A stretch of 64,000 nt of DNA from contig CAVUSO010000001.1 of NCBI GenBank assembly GCA_963744145.1, forward strand, positions 4,346,943 to 4,410,942. The letters are read 5' to 3'. The stretch's first letter is position 1. The number at the start of each line of letters is the position of its first letter. This document shows, in pieces, positions 56,529 to 64,000 of the stretch. Both the position numbers and the translations under genes were made by a program. A model generated the notes under the pieces. The model searched no databases and had not been told where the DNA came from. It saw only the letters and a program-made list of their open reading frames with translations. The DNA comes from an uncultured cyanobacterium. GTDB taxonomy: Bacteria; Cyanobacteriota; Cyanobacteriia; Cyanobacteriales; CAWUOF01.

Positions 56529-58924
56529 TTAATCGCTTAATTAATGCGTTGAGCAAGGAAGTGGAATTGTCAGCTAAAGAAATTGCTGCAAATTCGTTGG
56601 GGTATCGGTGCAACTGCTAAGAATCAATCTCCCCGTAGTCCAAAAGAATTAATTGACCCTAGTGGTCGGCATTTGGTATTGGTAGTAAGTGATTGTGTAT
56701 CATCTTACTGGCGGTAATGGAAAGGTTACATCTGTATTAGAAATCTGGGCAAAACAAGGGTCAATAGCAATTATCCAGATGCTACCTAAATGGATGTGGA
56801 AAAGAACCGCTTTAGGGAGAGCATCTGAAGTGCGGTTGCGAGGACTGACTCCAGGGGTATTCAATCAGAATTTAATCGCTAAAGAAGTATCTTTGTGGGA
56901 TGAACTGGATGAGGAAAGAGGGGTTAAAGTTCCTGTATTTACCTTAGAAGCGGATCATGCTGTAACTTGGGCACTTATGTTATCAGGAAAGGGGAGTATT
57001 TGGGTATCGGGATATGTGTTTAAATTAGATATAGTTCCTGTTAAAAAGGAAAGTAGCTTATTGAATTTTGCTGGTGATTTAAGTGCAGAGCATCGCGTGC
57101 AAGCATTTCGGGTAACAGCTTCACCAATGGCGCGGAAATTAGCAGGTTTATTAGCTTCTGCACCTGTAATAACTCTACCAATTGTTCGATTGATTCAGGA
57201 AGCACTGTTAAAAGATTCTCTACAAGTTAATGTAGCTGAGGTCTTTTTAGGAGGATTATTAAAACCGTTATCTGAAATTAATGCAGAAACGAATCCTGAT
57301 TATGTTCAATATGATTTTATGGATGGAGTACGTGATTTATTGCTTGATTCTGTGCCTTCAAATTATACTTTGACTGTCATTAATGAGGTATCAAAATATG
57401 TAGCGAAAAAGATGGAGTTATCCTTAGATAATTTTGCGGCTGTTTTGAAGAATGAGCAACTCATTAGGAATAGTGAGATTGTTGAAGATGTTGGATATTT
57501 TGCGACAGTTACAGCTCAAATTTTGAGACGTTTAGGTGGGGAGTATGTAAAGGTTGCTGAAGAATTGGAGAGTTATAATCAACCAAATTATAAAATAAAT
57601 GTTCAAACCACAGTTAAGAAAAATTATAATCTTTTATGGGAACATAAAAACACTAAAATTTATAGTTTTTGCACAGATCAACCTTGGGTTTTACCTTTTG
57701 ATACTTTAGTAATTCCTATGGGATGTAGCATATTCTTACATAACAAATTGCTATCTGGAGGAGGATTTAGTAAGGGATTTCAACATTTTTTAGGTAAAAA
57801 TATAGTTCTTTTTGATCAATCAGTTGCTATGGCTTTAGGAGAGGATAAAAATAATCAAAAACAAGTTAGTCCTAATAAACCTTTACTTGTCCCTCTAGCT
57901 TCTGAAATTAATCATCAACTTTCTTTAACCAATGGTTATAAAATTAACCATTTTGTCATTATTACAACAGTAGAATCTCCAGAACCTAGTGTATTAAATG
58001 CCGTTGATGCTATTAATTCTATCATTGCTCTAGCAGTAAAACAAGGATTAAAGTACATAATTGTTCCTTTATTAGGAACTGGAAATATTGGATTATCTGT
58101 TGATAAAGTAGCGACTGAAATGTTATCAGCAATTAATAAAAGTTTAAAAAATTTATCATCTAATTCTATAGAAGAAATTATTTTTGTAGATAAAAGCGAA
58201 AATACCATTACAAAAATTAATCAAATTGCACAGAGTTTATTTACTGAAGAAGATACAGATCAAGTTCAGCAACCTTCAGAACTATTCCGAGCGAATCCTG
58301 AACCTCGCATTCCAGTTGTTCTAATCCTTGATACATCAGGTTCAATGTCGGGTCAACCTATTAATGAGTTAAATCAAGGATTAGTTACTTTTCAGCAAGA
58401 ACTGAACAAAGATGATTCGGGTTCTATGCGTGTAGAAGTTGCGATTATTACCTTTAACACTTCTGTAACGATTGTTCAAGATTTTGTGAGAGTTGACCAA
58501 TTTAAGCCCCCTTGTCTCTCAGCATCAGGAGTAACGGCAATGGGTGAAGCCATTGAAACAGCGATCTCCCTGCTAGAATATCGGAAAGAGACTTATAAAA
58601 ATAATGGTGTTCGTTATTATCGTCCTTGGGTATTGCTAATTACAGATGGCTCACCCACTGACAATTGGCAAAGTGCTGCTAAAAAGATTCGACAATTTGC
58701 GGTCCAATCAAAAAATCAACTTTTTTGCAGTGGGTGTTCAGGACGCGGATATTGGTATTCTCTCACAGATTGCTCCTACCGATACGCCGCCTCTTAAGTT
58801 AAGAGGATTGTCGTTTATTGAGTTATTTCAGTGGTTATCATCCTCAATAATATCCGGAGTATATAGGAGTACACCCGTTACTCAAGTTACTCTTCCTCCA
58901 ATAGGATGGGCAACTGATTTTTAA
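56525..58924 (+). pseudogene. vWA partner of the MoxR/VMAP system, with macro-like and TerY-type vWA C-terminal domains; disrupted by one deletion and two frameshifts
   Basis: ATGA overlap with the MoxR stop. [22 protein letters not shown] (SAV_2336-type N-terminal helix) then breaks. The next frame reads SPRSPKELIDPSGRHLVLVVSDCVSSYWR* (stop 56715-56717). The third frame is ORF 56689..58797. The fourth is 58646..58924, after an A6 run at 58710-58715. Confidence 0.6.
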
Positions 58925-58965
58925 ACTTAGGCAAATATGAGGAATAGAAGTACATTATTATAACA

Positions 58966-59365
58966 CAATACAGTTCAGTTAACCGTAGGGGCAAAGCATT
59001 TCGGCGAATAAATGATTGCTTAAACGTTTACCCTGAGCGTAGTCGAAGGGAAGAATAATATTACCGAAATGCTTTGCCCTTACCATCTATGCAGCCAACA
59101 GATAAACTAGATATTACAATCCATTCAGTTAAGGATTTTTTGGGATATCTCGACGAAGAAGGGCGAAGCATTCGGATATAATATTACTGCCCTTCGACTA
59201 CGCCCCCTTCGACTACGCTCAGGGCAAGCTTCGACTACGCTCAGGGCAAGCTTCGACTACGCTCAGGGTAAACTCAGGGTAAAGTTTGATTGTTCAATTG
59301 TCGCCCGAATGCTATGCCTCCGGCACGCTACGCGAACGCCCCTACAATTAACTGAACCGTATTAC
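58966..59365. mobile_element. composite palindromic MITE, copy 3 (inverted relative to copies 1 and 2)
   Basis: CAATACAGTTCAGTTAACCGTAGGGG ... CCCCTACAATTAACTGAACCGTATT. It carries about three tandem copies of the 22-mer CTTCGACTACGCTCAGGGCAAG (59190-59280). Confidence 0.7.
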
Positions 59366-59414
59366 AATATAATGAAAGCAGATAAAACTCCTACTTATCA
59401 GAAGGAGGCAAAAA

Positions 59415-59666
59415 ATGCCAATTAAAAGCAACAGTGTCATGGGAAAAGTTTTTGCCACTCTGACAATTATTAATCGATCTGACCAAATTCGGGCAGAAGA
59501 TGGGATAATTCCCTTAACCCAAATTCGCTCAATCAAGCTCAATAATGTCTTAGTAGATCAAGGTGTAACTACCTTGTGTTTACCATCAGATGCGATCGCC
59601 ACGCTAGGGTTAAAACTGCTGAAAGAAGTAACCGAAGATTATTTGGGAATAATGACTCTCCACTAA
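59415..59666 (+). pseudogene. truncated retropepsin-like protease (same family as 14573 and 15261)
   Basis: MGKVFATLTIINRSDQ...NNVLVDQGVTTLCLPSDAIATLGLKLLKEV, then unrelated sequence and a stop. The catalytic DTG is changed to DQG. Confidence 0.6.
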
Positions 59667-59680
59667 TATCATTGAATTAG

Positions 59681-59737
59681 GTAAAAATGATTGTATACGA
59701 TCCGATTAAGGAGGAAATCGTCAGATGGATACACTAG
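59681..59737 (+). pseudogene. xisH: xisH 3' stub (18 codons)
   Basis: VKMIVYDPIKEEIVRWIH*, overlapping the xisI ATG. Compare LKLIVYEPLTEEIVQWIN* at 1459-1512. Confidence 0.55.
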
Positions 59738-60057
59738 AGCATTATCGTCAGTGCATTGAAAAGTTGCTATTAGCATACGGGAAGTCACCGCCTATTAATG
59801 GTGAAATAGAAGTGGAAGTAGTTTTCGATAAAGAACGCGATCGCTATCTAATTATCGATTTGGGATGGAATGAACATCACCGTGTTTATAACTGCTTTAT
59901 TCACTTGGATATCTTAGATGGGAAAATCTGGATTCAGCGCAATCAAACAGACAAAAGTATCGCTGAAGAATTAGTAGAAATGGGTGTTCCCAAAGAAGAT
60001 ATCGTCTTGGGACTTCAATCTCGCTATGTCCGGGAGTATACGGGGTTTGGAGTATAG
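59725..60057 (+). CDS. xisI: XisI family protein
   Basis: 110 aa. LEHYRQCI, RDRYLIIDLGW, GKIWIQRNQTD and MGVPKEDIVLG. Confidence 0.85.
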   Translation: MDTLEHYRQCIEKLLLAYGKSPPINGEIEVEVVFDKERDRYLIIDLGWNEHHRVYNCFIHLDILDGKIWIQRNQTDKSIAEELVEMGVPKEDIVLGLQSRYVREYTGFGV

Positions 60058-60482
60058 AGAAAAACCGCATTTTCTATACATATCAATATTGTTAGGAGGC
60101 GATAGCCCCTCTTCAAGATGTCCAAGTGGGCGATCAACGTAAGGCCAAATTTGGTAGATAATATCTATGAACCACGCCTGACACCAAGGCACTAAGGTAA
60201 GAAAGGTTGGAAGCAATTACCTCCGACTTTCTAAGGAATGAAAATTAAATAACATGATCATTCATGCTGGCCGCGATTTAAACGAAATTAGAGATTATTT
60301 TGCCTCTCTGAGTGGTGCATGGCTCGCGCTTAAAAGACTTGTTTGAATTACCAGATTTCTAAGCACAAAGAGCGATCGCTCCTTCAATATAAGTTATAAT
60401 CATTGGAACACTACAAGGTGATATCGAAGTAGATCCGGTATTGAAATCAAAAGCTTGATTCTGTAATAGGTTGGTAAAACTT

Positions 60483-61049
60483 ATGTCTCTATTAGCAACT
60501 AAACAACTAAGGAAAAAGTTCACAGTAGAGGAATATCACAAGCTAGGTGAAGTAGGGATAATTGGACCTGATGAACGGACAGAACTAATTGATGGGGATA
60601 TTATGCTTATGGCACCGATGGGTAGTGGTCATGTAAGCTGTGTTGGTCGTTTGCTGAAAATGTTCTTTAAAGCTTTAGGTGATCGTGCCACAATCTTGTC
60701 CCAAACTCCAGTCAGGCTAAACAACGGATTAGAACCAGAACCGGATCTATCAATTTTGCACCCGCGTGAAGATTGTTACAGGCATCAGCTCCCACAACAT
60801 CAAAACGTATATTTATTAATCGAAGTAGCCGATACTACCATTAACAACGACCGTAATGTGAAGTCAGTCCACTACAGTCAAGCTGGGATTATTGAACTTT
60901 GGATCGTAGACATTAGGGCCGAATTAGTTGAGGTGTATCGCAACCCTGGTCCTAACGGCTATGAAAGTATCCAACAATTCAGACGTGGTGATACTATTTC
61001 ACCCCTGGCGTTTCCGGACATAGTGATCGGTGTTGACGATATTCTGTAG
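60483..61049 (+). CDS. Uma2 family putative endonuclease
   Basis: Paralog of 2744..3337. The termini are nearly identical and the central third is diverged. Confidence 0.8.
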   Translation: MSLLATKQLRKKFTVEEYHKLGEVGIIGPDERTELIDGDIMLMAPMGSGHVSCVGRLLKMFFKALGDRATILSQTPVRLNNGLEPEPDLSILHPREDCYRHQLPQHQNVYLLIEVADTTINNDRNVKSVHYSQAGIIELWIVDIRAELVEVYRNPGPNGYESIQQFRRGDTISPLAFPDIVIGVDDIL

Positions 61050-61254
61050 AAAATCTGATCCAGTTTGTTGTCGTCAATGATGAACAAGGAGTGCTAATGT
61101 AGCTCGATTTACTCGTTCGGACGTTCGGCGATCGCGCTCATTCTGGTAGGTAATGTCTAGAGAATGGCGATCGCGCTGCTCATTAGGTAGTTTTTGTACT
61201 TTGAGATGAGCCACGTATGCTAGACTGAACAGCAAGTGGAGTGGATGGACCCAA

Positions 61255-61443
61255 ATGCCTACTACTACTCAATTAGAAAGCTTATATCTTGTGGGTTATC
61301 AACTAACATACATCATGCTTCAGCCTATCCACATGATCTGTATTGATGCTCGAACTCGTAATGTATATGTTCTAGCTGGATATCACGAAGAGCTTGAATT
61401 CCAAATATTGCCCAACGGAGAGTTATCTGATGAGTCAAATTAA
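61255..61443 (+). CDS. DUF6888-like small protein
   Basis: 62 aa. The pattern PIHMICIDARTRNVYVLAG...ELEFQILPNGE matches my recollection of this cyanobacterial family. It overlaps the next gene by 14 nt. Confidence 0.4.
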   Translation: MPTTTQLESLYLVGYQLTYIMLQPIHMICIDARTRNVYVLAGYHEELEFQILPNGELSDESN

Positions 61444-61660
61444 CTACGATTTAATGTCTGATTCTGAGCTGAAGCATTATTTTCTTAAGCATCGAGGAGA
61501 TCAACTTGCTTTCCAAACATATTTAGATAGAATTAATCAGCATCCACGTCGGATCATTGCAAGTCTTAATGACTCTGACTTTGATGAGAAAGTTCAAGCA
61601 GCAATTCGCCAAAAACTAGCAGCCACAAAAAGTATCAATAACCTGCAACAATTTGATTAA
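61430..61660 (+). CDS. DUF6887-like small protein
   Basis: MSQINYDLMSDSELKHYFLKHRGD... It is paired with the preceding small ORF. Confidence 0.4.
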   Translation: MSQINYDLMSDSELKHYFLKHRGDQLAFQTYLDRINQHPRRIIASLNDSDFDEKVQAAIRQKLAATKSINNLQQFD

Positions 61661-61674
61661 GGTGAAGTGCTACT

Positions 61675-61824
61675 ATGGCTCGAATTACGATTGAAGTACC
61701 AGAAGAACTTTCTGACCAATTGGCTCAAGTTGGCGATCGCCTCCCTGAGTTGCTGGCTCTTAGTCTCCAACAACCTGCACTTTCAGCCCATATCTACCGC
61801 TATATTCTCATAAAAAAGAGATAA
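61675..61824 (+). CDS. small antitoxin-like protein, 5' copy (C-terminus replaced)
   Basis: MARITIEVPEELSDQLAQVGDRLPELLALSLQQPALSAHIYRYIL, then IKKR*. It is duplicated at 62576. Confidence 0.45.
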   Translation: MARITIEVPEELSDQLAQVGDRLPELLALSLQQPALSAHIYRYILIKKR

Positions 61825-61828
61825 AATT

Positions 61829-62146
61829 ATGACTAAAAACCAAACAATTCGTCCTGTTCGTCGAGGTCGGATATTTCCTGAAATTCAGTGGTCTGAAGAA
61901 CGAAGAAGCCAATGGAAAGCTGAACAAGAATCAATTCATCAACGTTGCAAAGCTATTTTTGAGCAGCTCAAACCTGAATTGATTAAAAATCACTATAACT
62001 GGTATCTGGCCATAGATCCAGTCAGCACAGATTATGCGATCGATCCGAATATAGAAGTAGCTACACAAAAAGCACTTCAGCAACATCCAAATACGATTCC
62101 GTTTCTCTTTCGGATTAACGAAACAGGAACTTGTGGCACGATATGA
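61829..62146 (+). CDS. hypothetical protein (upstream partner of the aspartic protease)
   Basis: 105 aa. ATGA overlap with the next gene. Confidence 0.45.
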   Translation: MTKNQTIRPVRRGRIFPEIQWSEERRSQWKAEQESIHQRCKAIFEQLKPELIKNHYNWYLAIDPVSTDYAIDPNIEVATQKALQQHPNTIPFLFRINETGTCGTI

Positions 62147-62520
62147 TTCAGGGTCGATTTGGCGATAATGATGAATTATTTTTTGAAATTGAGTTGATTA
62201 CTGATGATGGTGTGGAGTTTCCCGTAGAAGCGATGCTAGATACGGGTTTTTCAGGATGGTTAGCCATTGATATTCAAGATATAGAAGGACTGGATTGGTT
62301 TTACATTCGCAAGGAAGCTATGCAAATGGCTCAAAGAGGTGATACCGAGTTCGATCTTTACCTGGGAAAAGTGCGCTTAGATGAAGGAGAGTTTGATATT
62401 CCCGTTCATGTCGGTGATGGAATACCAGAAATTTTAATCGGTCGTCAGTGGTTAAAAACTCGACGGTTAATAGTGAATATGGCAGTAGGAATATTGACGA
62501 TAGAAGCGATAAACTATTAA
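62143..62520 (+). CDS. clan AA (retropepsin-like) aspartic protease, second type
   Basis: AMLDTGFSGWLAI catalytic motif and ILIGRQWL. Confidence 0.7.
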   Translation: MIQGRFGDNDELFFEIELITDDGVEFPVEAMLDTGFSGWLAIDIQDIEGLDWFYIRKEAMQMAQRGDTEFDLYLGKVRLDEGEFDIPVHVGDGIPEILIGRQWLKTRRLIVNMAVGILTIEAINY

Positions 62521-62575
62521 TTTAATAGGTGTACTGGTAATACATCCAACGATTTGATTAAGACGGAGTGCTACT

Positions 62576-62780
62576 GTGGCTCGAATTAGGATTGAAGTAC
62601 CAGAAGAACTTTCTGACCAATTGGCTTGGCGATCGCCTCCCTGAGTTATTAGTTCTTAGTCTCCAACAACCTGCACTCTCAGCCCAGATCTACCCCTATA
62701 TTCTCAACTTTCTGGTAAGTAACCCTCAACTCGAAGCCGCGATCTTAGCCATCCAACCGCGCTCACTCGCAGAACGATAG
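62576..62780 (+). pseudogene. second copy of the small antitoxin-like gene, with a 5-nt deletion but the native C-terminus
   Basis: GTGGCTCGAATTAGGATTGAAGTACCAGAAGAACTTTCTGACCAATTGGCT^TGGCGATCGC lacks the CAAGT present at 61726-61730. The downstream frame reads GDRLPELLVLSLQQPALSAQIYPYILNFLVSNPQLEAAILAIQPRSLAER*. Confidence 0.6.
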
Positions 62781-62927
62781 GGTATTTTCTCTTGAAAATA
62801 CCCTATTACAATATAAATTAATATTTAATATTCACTGCCCCTAAGCCAGCAGCAATCCGATTCATCCCGACCCCTTGCATAGGTGGGCTTTCTCGGTGAC
62901 AGCCTGTAAGCGAGTATCGAGGTTTCT

Positions 62928-64000
62928 ATGGTAACAATAGTTTCATGCCAAATCGTCCACCTTATTCCTCATCGGATTCGGATTCGCATTCCTAGACTGT
63001 TCTATGATGCTAAGTATGCTCGCCAACTTCAACGGCTAGCTGCATCACTTGATTTTGTTACAGATATTCGCATCAATGCTGCTGCTAGCTCCTTGATTGT
63101 GCATCATCTGATTGTGGATACAGCCGAAGCCTGGGATCAGCTCAATGCCATAATTCAAAACGCTGTTACAGCCCAGATTCCTGAGATAGCAGTAGAAAAT
63201 CCACCTACTCAGTCTATTCACTTGGGTGGTGTTGGTTGGATGCTACTAGCAACGGGATCTTTTGCGGGAATGCAAACTATTGTGCGGTTGACTGCCGTAA
63301 ATCTTAACCCCTTGCAGGTTGCTTTTGTTAGTCATTTCTTTAGTATTGTGATTCTCGCTCCCTGGAGCATCAATGCTCATGTCCTCAAAACCGAGAAATT
63401 TCACTTGCATGGATTTAGAGCCATTATTGAAGCAAGTGCAACCATGTTGATGTTTACTGGACTGACACTGATTCCTTTAGCCCAAGCCAATGCACTCCTA
63501 TTTACGGCTCCGCTCTTTGCTATGTTAGGAGCCACCCTGTTTTTAGGTGAGCAGATCAAGCCCCCCAATGTCATTTCTCTCCTATTGGGTCTAGTCGGAA
63601 TGCTAGTAATTTTGCGTCCTGGTGTAGAAGTGATCGGAGTAGGTTCACTATTCATTTTGATGGGGGCAGTCGGACTAGCAGGCTCGATGTTGTTCCTCAA
63701 ATTACTTACTAGAACCGATTCAAGTTTAACGAGTACAGCATATTCGTTCCTATTGATGACTCCACTCATGTTAATTCCAGCTTTATGGGTATGGCAATTG
63801 CCAACACTTCTGGAGGTGTTAGGATTAGTTTTGGTAGGAGCTTTGATGGTCAGTGGCAATATGGCAGTAGCTAAAGCATTTGAATCGGCAGATTTAACTG
63901 CTGTACTCCCAGTGAACTTTACCCAACTGATCTGGTCAAGTATATTAGGGTATCTCTTATTTGCAGAAATACCAGATTTGTGGATCTGGATAGGTGGTTT
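62928..64000 (+). CDS. DMT/EamA-family transporter with N-terminal HMA2-like domain (partial, runs off window end)
   Basis: Not in the ORF track because no stop lies in the window. ATG at 62928, then 357 codons open. N-terminus IVHLIPHRIRIRIPRLFYDAKYARQLQRLAASLDFVTDIRINAAASSLIVHH, then ~9 TM helices typical of EamA repeats. Confidence 0.65.
   Translation, partial: MVTIVSCQIVHLIPHRIRIRIPRLFYDAKYARQLQRLAASLDFVTDIRINAAASSLIVHHLIVDTAEAWDQLNAIIQNAVTAQIPEIAVENPPTQSIHLGGVGWMLLATGSFAGMQTIVRLTAVNLNPLQVAFVSHFFSIVILAPWSINAHVLKTEKFHLHGFRAIIEASATMLMFTGLTLIPLAQANALLFTAPLFAMLGATLFLGEQIKPPNVISLLLGLVGMLVILRPGVEVIGVGSLFILMGAVGLAGSMLFLKLLTRTDSSLTSTAYSFLLMTPLMLIPALWVWQLPTLLEVLGLVLVGALMVSGNMAVAKAFESADLTAVLPVNFTQLIWSSILGYLLFAEIPDLWIWIGG

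Noticed and set aside
1500-61049. xisI-Uma2 modules in direct orientation at both ends of the window, considered as borders of a ~58-kb excisable element
   Set aside because: The interval contains single-copy housekeeping genes (ftsY, tRNA-Gln, cysE, sodB, ppk1, ccsA, tilS). There is no recombinase or att-like identical repeat. The modules are only ~50% identical paralogs.
63401-63859. 152-aa minus ORF
   Set aside because: It is antisense to the long open DMT/EamA frame (62928 to the window end), which has convincing TM-helix periodicity.

Overview
This is a cyanobacterial chromosomal window. Evidence: very dense HIP1 GCGATCGC sites, ccsA, Fe-SOD, XisI/XisH, KGK and Uma2 families, and a type IV pilus chemosensory locus.

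Core genes: ftsY, tRNA-Gln(UUG), cysE, sodB, ppk1, prxQ/bcp, ccsA, tilS, an LCP protein and two sensor kinases. The hmpF / hmpA-E (pilG-L-like) motility locus lies at 32.5-48.0 kb and is followed by an extra Hpt-less CheA paralog.

Accessory content:
1. 1.3-7.1 kb is a graveyard of defence, TA and mobile-element remnants. It holds xisH stubs with intact xisI, three Uma2 copies, integrase/PIN/RelE fragments, an orphan beta-class DNA methyltransferase, and toxin-less antitoxins.
2. 13.8-15.8 kb is a tandem duplication of a DUF433/DUF5615/retropepsin module, with a microhomology deletion in the second unit.
3. 26.1-28.0 kb has a RAYT-type Y1 transposase abutting a nested repeat array: 263 bp constant units, each with 2-5 copies of a 34-bp repeat.
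4. 50.3-51.7 kb encodes a secreted thiaminase I fused to an MVL-type lectin domain.
5. 51.7-59.4 kb is an AT-rich-bounded island. It encodes a KGGVGR-variant ParA-like ATPase, a caspase-VMAP protein, a MoxR AAA+ ATPase, and a large vWA partner with a macro-like domain and a second TerY-type vWA domain. This is the most interesting candidate system, but it carries several inactivating lesions.
6. 59.4-62.8 kb is a second xisH-stub/xisI/Uma2 module plus small TA-like pairs, including a two-gene retropepsin cassette inserted into a small gene.

Three copies of a composite palindromic MITE and several related hairpin repeats (core AAGCATT) punctuate the window.

All calls come from reading the sequence and ORF translations against remembered family motifs. 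No database search was run.
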